Below, piece after piece: positions 56,254 through 64,000 of a stretch of 64,000 nucleotides of DNA. Under the pieces are notes generated by a model. The model did not search any database, was not told where the DNA came from, and saw only the letters and a program-made list of their open reading frames with translations. Origin of the DNA: Planctomycetales bacterium (lineage in GTDB: Bacteria > Planctomycetota > Planctomycetia > Isosphaerales > Isosphaeraceae); contig DAIDKV010000004.1 in the NCBI GenBank assembly GCA_027449865.1, positions 8,253 to 72,252 on the forward strand, given 5' to 3'. Position 1 is the stretch's first letter. Each line of letters starts with the position of its first letter. Made by a program: the position numbers and the translations under genes.

Positions 56254-56910
56254 ATGGCCCCCAGCTTCTCGACCTCGGGACTCGCGCCGATCGGAATCCT
56301 CCTGATTGTGCTGCTGGCCCTGTTCGTGGCGGCCGTGGTCCTGGGGGCCCGCAGCCTGCTCCTGCTCGTCGTCCGACGGCCCGGCGACCGGAGGCGCGGG
56401 CTCCGTCTCGCGCTCATGGCCACCGGGCTAAGCGTCCTGGCCGAGGCGTGGAGCTTCCTGCTCCACCATATTCCCTACTCCCCGCATCCGGGCTTCTCGA
56501 ATTATCTGCTCGTCGTCCCGCTCCAGATCAGCCTCTGCGCGGTGATCTTCTGGGGGCTGGCCGGGAGCCGGCGAATCTCCGCCACGGGCCGGCTGGTGCT
56601 CGCGGTCCTGGCGATTGGTTTCCCGATGGGTGCCGTCCGAGGAATCCATCGGTGGGAGCGCAAGCAGTGGTTGCTGGCGGGGGCCGAGACCTGGGCGAAG
56701 CACGTGAGCGAGGGAGAGGCGAGTGCCGCCGGCTGGGCGGAGCGGGCGCGCGACGAAACGGGGGACTCCGCCCAGGTCTCGCGCGAGTTCGCGAATCGGG
56801 ATCGACTCTGGGCGCGATACAGTGCCGAGATGGCCCGGGCGTTCCGATGGGCCGCGGATCATCCGGAGGAGCCGTTGCCGGATGTCCCCGAGCCCGACTG
56901 GCGGCGATGA
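56254..56910 (+). CDS. 4-TM membrane protein, paralogue A (no family recognised)
   Basis: 218 aa with GGAGGA 12 nt upstream. TM segments 'IGILLIVLLALFVAAVVLG', 'LRLALMATGLSVLAEAWSFLL', 'LLVVPLQISLCAVIFWGLAG', 'LVLAVLAIGFPMGAV'. C-terminal soluble tail ends 'FRWAADHPEEPLP'. Confidence 0.7.
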   Translation: MAPSFSTSGLAPIGILLIVLLALFVAAVVLGARSLLLLVVRRPGDRRRGLRLALMATGLSVLAEAWSFLLHHIPYSPHPGFSNYLLVVPLQISLCAVIFWGLAGSRRISATGRLVLAVLAIGFPMGAVRGIHRWERKQWLLAGAETWAKHVSEGEASAAGWAERARDETGDSAQVSREFANRDRLWARYSAEMARAFRWAADHPEEPLPDVPEPDWRR

Positions 56911-56967
56911 ACGGAGAGTCTTGAGAACTCCGGCAAAATTGGGCCGCGGAATCCAGGAGGTCCCATC

Positions 56968-57576
56968 ATGATGGGCGTGCCCGACTTCGAGCTGCTGTTG
57001 GCAGGCCTCTTCATCGTGCTCTTGCAGTTAGTCTTTCTCACCGTCGCAATGCTCCTGGGATGCTGGAGCTTGTTCCTGCTCCTCCGCCGCTCCGCCGCCC
57101 CAAGGCGCGGGTTTCGGCTGGCCCTCATCGCCGTCATCCTCAGCGCCGTGGTTGAGACGTGGATCTACCTGTTCTTCACCCCGTGGCGATTCCTCAACGT
57201 CCGGCCCCTGCTGTTTTTGCCGCTCCCCTCACTTCAGGTCGGGCTCTGCGGGGTCGTCTTCTGGGGACTGGCCGGGAGCCAGCGGATCTCGGGCACGGGC
57301 CGGATGGCGATCGCGGTCCTGGCCATCGGTCTCGCGATGGGGGCCGTAATGGCGATTCGACGCCAGGATCAAAGGCGGGAGATGCTGTACTGGGCCGAAG
57401 CCAACGCGAAGGAGGCGCGCAGCTTCGAGGAGGCTTCGCGGGATTCGCATGGCATGGCGGATTACTTCCTCTGCCACGCGCGCAACCGCAAGGCCCTGTC
57501 GGAGGCCTACCGATGGGCCGCAGACCATCCCGGAGAGCCCGTGCCACGTGTCTCCTCGCCCGACTGCGGGTTCTGA
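56968..57576 (+). CDS. 4-TM membrane protein, paralogue B
   Basis: 202 aa, collinear with paralogue A ('RRGFRLALIAVILSAVVETW', 'LQVGLCGVVFWGLAGSQRISGTGRMAIAVLAIGLAMGAV', 'YRWAADHPGEPVP'). GGAGG RBS. Confidence 0.7.
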   Translation: MMGVPDFELLLAGLFIVLLQLVFLTVAMLLGCWSLFLLLRRSAAPRRGFRLALIAVILSAVVETWIYLFFTPWRFLNVRPLLFLPLPSLQVGLCGVVFWGLAGSQRISGTGRMAIAVLAIGLAMGAVMAIRRQDQRREMLYWAEANAKEARSFEEASRDSHGMADYFLCHARNRKALSEAYRWAADHPGEPVPRVSSPDCGF

Positions 57577-57586
57577 GCCGAAAACC

Positions 57587-59890
57587 ATGAAAACGGCAAA
57601 TCCCACCTCGATCCACGTCCTCGGCGTCCGTCATCACGGGCCGGGCTCGGCACGCAGCGTTGCCGCTGCGCTCGAAGCCATCGCGCCCGAGGTCGTCCTC
57701 ATCGAGGGCCCTCCCGATGCCAACGACCTCATCGCGCTCGCCGGGCTCAACGGGATGGAACCACCCGTCGCCCTCCTGATCTATCGACCCGAGGAGCCGA
57801 AGCAGGCCGTCTATTACCCGTTCGCCCTCTTCTCGCCCGAGTGGCAGGCGATCCAGTTCGCACTCGCGAAAAAGCTCGCGGTCCGGTTCATGGATCTCCC
57901 GATGAAACATCAACTCGGGATCGCATCTGACGAGGATGAGCCTGCGGAGGTGAAGCCGAATCCCGAGCCCGGCGCGAACGGTGAGGACGAACCGATCTCG
58001 CCGAAGCTCGCGAGACAGCTTCGGATCGACCCCTTGCAGGTGCTCGCCGAGGCGGCCGGCTTCGGCGAGGGCGAACGGTGGTGGGAGCACGTCGTCGAGC
58101 ACCGCCGCGACGGCGCCGACCTCTTCGCCGCGATCCTCGAAGCGATGGCCGAGGTGCGCGCCTCGGTCCCGCCGGTCGAGGACCGCCGAGAACTCCGCCG
58201 CGAGGCCCACATGAGGCGGACGATCCGCGCCGCCCGCGCCGAGGGCTTCCGCCGGATCGCCGTTGTCTGCGGCGCCTGGCACGCGCCGGCGCTCGCCGAG
58301 GACCGATGGCCGCCCGCCTCCAAGGACGACGCCCTCCTCAAAGAAATGCCAACGGCGAAGGTTGCCGCGACCTGGGTTCCCTGGACCCACGGCCGGCTCG
58401 GCTCCGAGAGTGGCTACGGCGCCGGGGTCGAGTCGCCGGGCTGGTATCACCACCTCTGGACCTGCTCCGGACAGGTCGCCGAACGCTGGATGACCCGCGT
58501 GGCCCGCCTGCTTCGTGACGAGGGGCTCGATGCCTCACCCGCCTCGGCGATCGAGGCCGTTCGCCTGGCCGAGGCGCTCGCCGCGCTCCGCGATCGCCAC
58601 CTGCCCGGCCTGGAAGAGCTGACCGAGGCCGCACGCGCCATCTTTTGCTTCGGCGACGACATTCCCATGCGGCTGATCCGTCGGAAGCTGATCGTCGGCG
58701 AAGCGCTGGGGCGCGTTCCCGAGGAGACGCCGACGGTCCCGCTGGTCCGCGACCTCGAACGGCTCCAGAAGTCGCTCCGCCTCAAGCCCGACCCCGAGCC
58801 AAGGCCCCTCGAACTGGATCTACGCAACGAGACCGATTTGCAGCGGAGCCGGTTGCTGCATCGGCTCGGGATGATCGGCGTGCCCTGGGGCTCCATCGAA
58901 CGCACAACCGGCCGCGGAACGTTCAAGGAAGCGTGGAAGCTCCAGTGGCGGCCCGAGCTGGCCGTGGCGCTGATCGAGGCCAGCCTCTGGGGGTCAACGG
59001 TGCTCGACGCCGCGACCGCCCGCGCCGACGACCTCGCCGCGAGGGCGCCCGATCTGCCCGCGCTGACGTCCCTCCTCGATCGTGCCATGCTCGCGGATCT
59101 CCCGGCCTCGGTCGAGCGGATCATGGCCCGTCTGGAGGAACGCGCCGCACTCTCCAGCGACGCGGTCCAGCTTCTCAACGCGCTACCGCCGCTGGCAAGC
59201 CTGCTCCGGTACGGCAACGTCCGCAAGACCGACGCCGAGGCCGTCGCCCACGCGACCAACGGGATCGTCGCGCGGGCCTGCATCGGGCTCCCAGGCGCCT
59301 GCGCCTCGCTCGACGACGAGGCCGCCGCCGCGATGTTCGAGGCGATTCACAGCGCCAACGACGCCATCGTCCTGATCGAAAATCCCGAACACCTGAAGAT
59401 GTGGCAGGCCACGCTCGCGAAGCTGACAGGCTCCGACCGACTGCACGGGCTGGTCGCGGGGCGATGCGTCCGGCTCCTGCTCGACGGAGGCACATTCGAC
59501 GCCGAGGAGACGGCCCGGCGGATGAACCTCGCCGTCTCGAAGGCCGCCGACCCTCCTCGCGCCGCCGCCTGGATCGACGGCTTCCTCCGAGGGAGCGGCG
59601 AACTTCTCTATCACGACGACGGTCTCTTCGCGATCCTCGACGGCTGGCTCGCCTCGGTCCCGGCCGACGCCTTCACCGAACTCCTGCCGATGCTCCGTCG
59701 GACGTTCTCAACCTTCGAGGCCCCGCTGCGCAGGAACCTCGGCGAGAAGGCGCGGCGGGGCGTGAAGGCGGGCGCTGCGTCGCCCGCCCGAAAGCCAGCC
59801 GCGCCCGTCGACTTCGACGAGGATCGGGCCGCGACAGTCCTCCCGCTGCTCTCGGCGATGCTCGGCCTCGACACCCCGGAGGCTTCCTGA
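57587..59890 (+). CDS. DUF5682/YehM-like large protein
   Basis: 767 aa. N-terminal 'IHVLGVRHHGPGSARSV...VLIEGPPD', then 'YYPFALFSPEWQAI' and 'VVCGAWHAPAL'. Size and position next to the vWA gene match the YehM-type component. Confidence 0.78.
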   Translation: MKTANPTSIHVLGVRHHGPGSARSVAAALEAIAPEVVLIEGPPDANDLIALAGLNGMEPPVALLIYRPEEPKQAVYYPFALFSPEWQAIQFALAKKLAVRFMDLPMKHQLGIASDEDEPAEVKPNPEPGANGEDEPISPKLARQLRIDPLQVLAEAAGFGEGERWWEHVVEHRRDGADLFAAILEAMAEVRASVPPVEDRRELRREAHMRRTIRAARAEGFRRIAVVCGAWHAPALAEDRWPPASKDDALLKEMPTAKVAATWVPWTHGRLGSESGYGAGVESPGWYHHLWTCSGQVAERWMTRVARLLRDEGLDASPASAIEAVRLAEALAALRDRHLPGLEELTEAARAIFCFGDDIPMRLIRRKLIVGEALGRVPEETPTVPLVRDLERLQKSLRLKPDPEPRPLELDLRNETDLQRSRLLHRLGMIGVPWGSIERTTGRGTFKEAWKLQWRPELAVALIEASLWGSTVLDAATARADDLAARAPDLPALTSLLDRAMLADLPASVERIMARLEERAALSSDAVQLLNALPPLASLLRYGNVRKTDAEAVAHATNGIVARACIGLPGACASLDDEAAAAMFEAIHSANDAIVLIENPEHLKMWQATLAKLTGSDRLHGLVAGRCVRLLLDGGTFDAEETARRMNLAVSKAADPPRAAAWIDGFLRGSGELLYHDDGLFAILDGWLASVPADAFTELLPMLRRTFSTFEAPLRRNLGEKARRGVKAGAASPARKPAAPVDFDEDRAATVLPLLSAMLGLDTPEAS

Positions 59891-61084
59891 ATGGCTCCCC
59901 GCACCGACGACGAACGGCTCCGACGATGGCGGCTCGTCCTGGGCGGCGATGCCGACGGCACCGGCGCGGGGCTTCAGGGAGACGACGCCAACATCGACGC
60001 CGCGCTGGCGCAGCTCTATAACCCCGGCGGCGGAGGAGGAGGCGGCGGCGGCAAGGGACGTCGGGGCGGGCTCGGCGGCTCGGCGCCCAACGTGGCGCGA
60101 TGGCTCGGCGACATCCGGAAGTATTTCCCGCGCCCGGTCGTCCAGCTTCTTCAGAAAGACGCCATCGAGCGGCTCGACCTCCGCGCCATGCTCGCCCAGC
60201 CCGAACTGCTCGAGGCCGTCGAGCCCGACATCCACCTCGTCGCCAATCTCCTCTCGCTCAGGCAGGCCCTCCCTGGCGAAAGCCTGGAGACGGCCCGACT
60301 GGTCGTCCGAAAAGTGGTCGAGGAGCTGGAACGCAAACTGGCGAGCCCGATGCGGCAGGCCGTGATGGGGAGCCTCAACCGGGCGGTCCGCAACCGACGC
60401 CCACGCCACAACGAGATCGACTGGAACCGGACCATCCGCGCCAACCTCCGACACTTCCAGCCCGACTACCAGACGATCATCCCCGAGGTCCGGATCGGCT
60501 ACGGCCGAAAGCGTCAGGCGTTACGCGAGATCGTCCTCTGCGTGGATCAGAGCGGATCGATGGCAAGCTCCGTCGTCTACGCCGGAATCTTCGGCGCCGT
60601 GCTGGCGAGCCTGCCGGCGGTGAAGACGAGCATCGTCGTCTTCGATACGGCGGTCGTCGACCTGACGGCCGAGTTGCACGATCCGGTCGAGCTACTCTTT
60701 GGCACTCAGCTCGGCGGCGGGACCGACATCCACCGCGCCCTCACCTACTGCCAGGGACTCATCCGACAGCCGGGCGAGACCATTCTCGTGCTGATCAGCG
60801 ACCTGTTCGAGGGGGGCGATCGCGAGGGGATGTTTCGCGTGCTGGGATCGCTGGCATCCTCAGGCGTACAGGTGATTGGTTTGCTGGCGCTCAATGATGA
60901 AGGCGCGCCGTGTTATGATCACGAGCACGCCCGACGGATGGCGGCCCTTCAAATGCCGGTCTTCGCCTGCACGCCGGATCTCTTCCCCGACCTGATGGCC
61001 GCCGCGATTTCTCGGCAGGATCTCAGGCAATGGGCCGCCGCGCACGATGTGGTCGCCGCTCGCGGAATTGAGGCCGGACCCTGA
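59891..61084 (+). CDS. vWA domain protein (CoxE/YehP-like, MIDAS-containing)
   Basis: 'RWRLVLGG' N-terminus, Gly-run linker, MIDAS 'LCVDQSGSM', 'GGGTDI', 'ILVLISDLFEGG'. Its ATG abuts the upstream TGA. Confidence 0.88.
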   Translation: MAPRTDDERLRRWRLVLGGDADGTGAGLQGDDANIDAALAQLYNPGGGGGGGGGKGRRGGLGGSAPNVARWLGDIRKYFPRPVVQLLQKDAIERLDLRAMLAQPELLEAVEPDIHLVANLLSLRQALPGESLETARLVVRKVVEELERKLASPMRQAVMGSLNRAVRNRRPRHNEIDWNRTIRANLRHFQPDYQTIIPEVRIGYGRKRQALREIVLCVDQSGSMASSVVYAGIFGAVLASLPAVKTSIVVFDTAVVDLTAELHDPVELLFGTQLGGGTDIHRALTYCQGLIRQPGETILVLISDLFEGGDREGMFRVLGSLASSGVQVIGLLALNDEGAPCYDHEHARRMAALQMPVFACTPDLFPDLMAAAISRQDLRQWAAAHDVVAARGIEAGP

Positions 61085-61387
61085 TTTTCCCGGCTGGCGG
61101 AAGGCGGTCGATCGTTTCGGCGTGCGGCGGTCTCCTTGAGACTCCCGAAAGTGGCTTTGGAGCCTATTTTGCAAGTCAGAATGGCATCGACGCAGACCTC
61201 AAAAAGTGCCGTGGAGCGCCGTGAGGTGCAACATCGTCTGGGGGGGTTGGTTATCCCTCCCGCGCCGGCCGGAGCGGTCTGTCTCGCACCGCCAACGCCC
61301 CCGATTCCGACGCAAGCCGCGTGCCCCGCATCGCCATTCCGAGCTTGAGATGAGTCGAGAAATCGCATCGAGGAGATTCCACCGACC

Positions 61388-62068
61388 ATGCCCGCGATCC
61401 GACCGAAAACCCTGCTGTCGTGGAGTTCCGGCAAGGATGCCGCCTGGGCGTTGCACATCCTTCGGGAGAGGGGCGAGGTCGAGGTTGTCGGTCTACTGAC
61501 AACGTTCAACGAGGCGTTCGATCGCGTCGCGATGCACGCCGTCCGGCGCGAGCTGGTCGAGGCTCAGGCCGAGGCCGCCGGTCTGCCGATGATCCCGGTC
61601 CCACTGCCATTCCCCTGCACCAACGAGGCGTACGAGGATCGGATGAGGTCCGCGATCGCCAGGGCAAGATCGGCGGGCATCACGCGAATGGCCTTCGGTG
61701 ACCTCTTCCTGGAAGACGTGCGAGACTATCGCGTCCGGCTTCTGGACGGTTCGGGTATCGAGCCGATCTTCCCGATCTGGGAGACCCCCAACGCGACCTC
61801 CGGCCTGGCCCAACGGATGATCCAGTCGGGAATGGAAGCCATTCTCACCTGCGTCGACCCCGCGCAACTGACGGAGCGATTCCTCGGCAGGTCGTTCGAT
61901 GCTTCGCTCATGGCCGAGCTTCCCGACGGGGTCGACCCTTGCGGCGAGCGGGGCGAGTTCCACACCTTCTGCACGCGATCCCCGGCCTTCCGCCGCAAGA
62001 TCGCCGTCCGTGCCGGTGAGGTCGTCCATCGCGATGGATTCTCGTTCCTGGATCTGCTCCCAGGCTAA
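61388..62068 (+). CDS. Dph6/MJ0570-related ATP pyrophosphatase (adenine-nucleotide alpha-hydrolase, DUF71)
   Basis: 'LLSWSSGKDAAWAL' PP-loop variant, 'FGDLFLEDVRDYR', 'DPCGERGEFHTF'. Confidence 0.75.
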   Translation: MPAIRPKTLLSWSSGKDAAWALHILRERGEVEVVGLLTTFNEAFDRVAMHAVRRELVEAQAEAAGLPMIPVPLPFPCTNEAYEDRMRSAIARARSAGITRMAFGDLFLEDVRDYRVRLLDGSGIEPIFPIWETPNATSGLAQRMIQSGMEAILTCVDPAQLTERFLGRSFDASLMAELPDGVDPCGERGEFHTFCTRSPAFRRKIAVRAGEVVHRDGFSFLDLLPG

Positions 62069-62083
62069 TCCCACGGGCGCGGC

Positions 62084-62998
62084 TCAGTCGTCTCGCGCGG
62101 CGGTCGCGATACGCAGCAAGAGATTTCGCCGGGCGATCCGAAGCGCCCGAGCCTCGGCGCGGGCCTCGTCGAGGGTGGTCCGTCGAAAGCGCAGGAGGTC
62201 TCCGGGACGGAGCTGGCCGAGGCGGTCGAGGTCGGCCGAGATCACCTGGGCGATGTGTGGGTATCCGCCCATCGTCCCACCCGCGACACCGAGAACGATC
62301 AAACGCCCACCGGCCACCTGGACGGCTCCCGGCGCCACCGGCGCCGAAAGTCGATTGACGGACGATTCGACCGCGATCGGCTCCCCTTCGAGGCGAAGCC
62401 CCATTCGGTCGCTCCGCGAGCCGACGCGATAAGACGGATCGATCCAGGCACCACGGATTGCGGCATCGGGGCCGTCGAGGACGCGGAACGGCTCGGCCGT
62501 GGGGAATCTCCCATCGGGCCTGGCCAGCCGCCGCGAGCGGATCGTTCCCGTCTCCGCCGGAAGGATGTCGCCAGACTGGAGCCGATCCTCGGACGACCGG
62601 CTTCCCATCCGGATCGGTGTCCGCCATCCGCCCCGGACCGCAAGATACGTCCGGGCCCCCTCGCCTGCCCAGCCCAGGATCAATCGATCGCCGGCTTGCA
62701 AGGTCACGCTTGACGGGATCTCCAGATCGCGAACGGCCCCATCCGACGACTCGATTCGGGCCTCCATCGGCGCGCCGGCAATCCCCAGAGCCAGGGGCGA
62801 TTTCGCTGAATACTCACCACCCAGGAGCGTCAGTTCCAGGACCGCCTGATCCGGGTCGTTACCGACGATCGCGTTGGCGATTCCAGCCGAACCTTGATCG
62901 AAGGCGCCTCCGGTCGGAACGCCCCACTCCCGATAGCCAATTCGGCCGGCGTCCTGCACAGTCGTGAAGAGCCCGGGCTTGAGGACGATCAGGCTCAT
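62084..62998 (-). CDS. pxpC: 5-oxoprolinase subunit C (biotin-independent carboxyltransferase/KipA family)
   Basis: 'GLFTTVQDAGRIGYREWGVPTGGAFD', 'GGYPHIAQVISADLD'. Confidence 0.85.
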   Translation of the reverse strand: MSLIVLKPGLFTTVQDAGRIGYREWGVPTGGAFDQGSAGIANAIVGNDPDQAVLELTLLGGEYSAKSPLALGIAGAPMEARIESSDGAVRDLEIPSSVTLQAGDRLILGWAGEGARTYLAVRGGWRTPIRMGSRSSEDRLQSGDILPAETGTIRSRRLARPDGRFPTAEPFRVLDGPDAAIRGAWIDPSYRVGSRSDRMGLRLEGEPIAVESSVNRLSAPVAPGAVQVAGGRLIVLGVAGGTMGGYPHIAQVISADLDRLGQLRPGDLLRFRRTTLDEARAEARALRIARRNLLLRIATAARDD

Positions 62999-63741
62999 CC
63001 CGCGTCCTCTCTCGCGGCGAAGCTACGAACGACCATGGCTTGAGCCAGCAAGACCCGGCGCACGAGTCGGGCATTCTCGACAGCGCGGGGATCGTCGCCG
63101 TGAATGCAGAGGGTCGCCGCGCGGCCGGAGGCGATCATGGCGAGCAACTGGACTTCCATTTCACGGGGATCGTGCAGGACGGCGTCGGGCTCGGAACGAG
63201 GGACCAGCGAACCGTCGTCGCGATATCGGCGGTCGGGGAATCCTTCGGGGATGTATCGGACTCCGCGAGCCGAGGCCAATCGGTGAAGGATCGAGTCGGG
63301 CAGGCCGAGCAAGGGAAGGCCCAGCGTCTCGGCCGCCGCGATCACGCCGCGAGCGATCTCCTCGTCGCGCTGAGCCTGATTGTAAAGCGCGCCGTGAGGC
63401 TTGAGGAAACGGATCGCGAGGCCCGCCTCGCCGGCCAGGTCGATCAGTGTGGCGGTCTGGTCAAGGATCAGCGCCGAGACCGCCTCGGCGGAGATCAACT
63501 GCTCGCGACGTCCGAAGTGCTCGCGGTCCGGAAATCCCGGATGGGCCCCCACAATCACTCCACGATCTCGGGCCCGGGCGAGCGTGGCGCAGATGACATC
63601 CGGGCCGCCGGCATGGGCGCCACAGCAGATGCTGGCCGAGGAAACCAGACCGTCCAGCAGCTCGGCGTCATGGGGACATCCCTCGCCGAGATCGGCGTTC
63701 AGATCGATGGTCGCGGGTCGGTCAGGGATGGTGATGGTCAT
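62995..63741 (-). CDS. pxpA: 5-oxoprolinase subunit A (LamB/YcsF family)
   Basis: 'IDLNADLGEG', 'SICCGAHAGGP', 'VGAHPGFPD', 'LKPHGALYN'. Confidence 0.88.
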   Translation of the reverse strand: MTITIPDRPATIDLNADLGEGCPHDAELLDGLVSSASICCGAHAGGPDVICATLARARDRGVIVGAHPGFPDREHFGRREQLISAEAVSALILDQTATLIDLAGEAGLAIRFLKPHGALYNQAQRDEEIARGVIAAAETLGLPLLGLPDSILHRLASARGVRYIPEGFPDRRYRDDGSLVPRSEPDAVLHDPREMEVQLLAMIASGRAATLCIHGDDPRAVENARLVRRVLLAQAMVVRSFAAREDAG

Positions 63742-64000
63742 GGCGTCGGATCTCGAATTCGTCCGTCAGGATCGGGTGGAAGCGGATGCGGTCGCCGGCC
63801 TGGATCGCAAAGACTCCCGCCTCCAGGTCGACCAGCCGAATCGGGGTCCGGCCGAGCAGATGCCAGCCGCCGGGCGACTCGCCTGGATAGATCCCCGTCT
63901 GGCGACCGGCGATCGCCACCGAACCCACCGGCACCCGAACCCTCGGCGACTCTCGACGGGCGAGGCCCGAGAGCCGATCCGGCAGGTAGCCGGCATACGG
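63722..64000 (-). CDS. pxpB: 5-oxoprolinase subunit B (KipI family), C-terminal part only; the gene continues beyond the window
   Basis: 'PYAGYLPDRLSGLARRESPRVRVPVGSVAIAGRQTGIYPGESPGGWHLLGRTP' read in frame up to position 64000. 20-nt overlap with pxpA. Confidence 0.8.
   Translation of the reverse strand, partial: PYAGYLPDRLSGLARRESPRVRVPVGSVAIAGRQTGIYPGESPGGWHLLGRTPIRLVDLEAGVFAIQAGDRIRFHPILTDEFEIRRHDHHHP

Noticed and set aside
62084-64000. pxpB-pxpA-pxpC order (B-A-C rather than the enterobacterial B-C-A) as a possible novelty.
   Set aside because: All three subunits look intact and coupled by overlaps. Gene-order permutation of this operon is ordinary variation and I have no evidence of new function.

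Overview
The window is visibly GC-rich (GC not computed) and densely coding, with about 50 genes. The gene content points to a Planctomycetota chromosome, probably Isosphaeraceae-like; this is an inference from family content. The supporting families are two PSCyt/DUF1549/DUF1553 + DUF1501 gene pairs, a DUF1559 'H-X9-DG' pseudopilin-like protein, a CRTAC1/ASPIC-UnbV FG-GAP protein, a sulfatase and an ASST-type sulfotransferase.

Housekeeping genes I recognise: citrate synthase, glgX, fabI, a mutT-like Nudix gene, tig-clpP-clpP, a suhB-like inositol monophosphatase, pxpBAC (5-oxoprolinase) and a P-II protein. RNA genes are tRNA-Asn(GTT), tRNA-Gly(GCC) and a tRNA-Trp(CCA)-like gene whose acceptor stem does not pair in my manual fold. 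I saw no rRNA, CRISPR array, transposase, integrase or phage structural genes.

The most interesting locus is a roughly 9-kb co-directional operon at 52.0-61.1 kb. It encodes a fused SWIM-zinc-finger/long helical protein, a MoxR-type AAA+ ATPase, two tandem paralogous 4-TM proteins, a ~767-aa DUF5682/YehM-like protein and a vWA (MIDAS) protein. This is a yehLMPQ-like module of unknown function with lineage-specific membrane components. A repeat-rich, AT-rich region and the aberrant tRNA-Trp-like gene lie just upstream of it.

Other points of note:
- Two unrelated palindromic repeat families (33.08-33.40 kb plus a copy inside the operon at 56.16-56.23 kb; 51.56-51.95 kb).
- A gene-decay scar at 12.7-13.4 kb that contains a duplicated DUF3604 3' end.
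- A DUF3604-parvulin-HupE operon.
- An ASST protein fused to three LTXXQ-like repeats.
- An XRE-S24 regulator with both catalytic residues substituted.
- A ~0.95-kb poorly coding gap that ends in a 15-bp perfect terminator hairpin.

All family names come from my motif-level recognition of the translated ORFs; no database search was run. Start codons are best guesses. Many long ORFs in the six-frame track are GC-driven shadow frames and were discarded.
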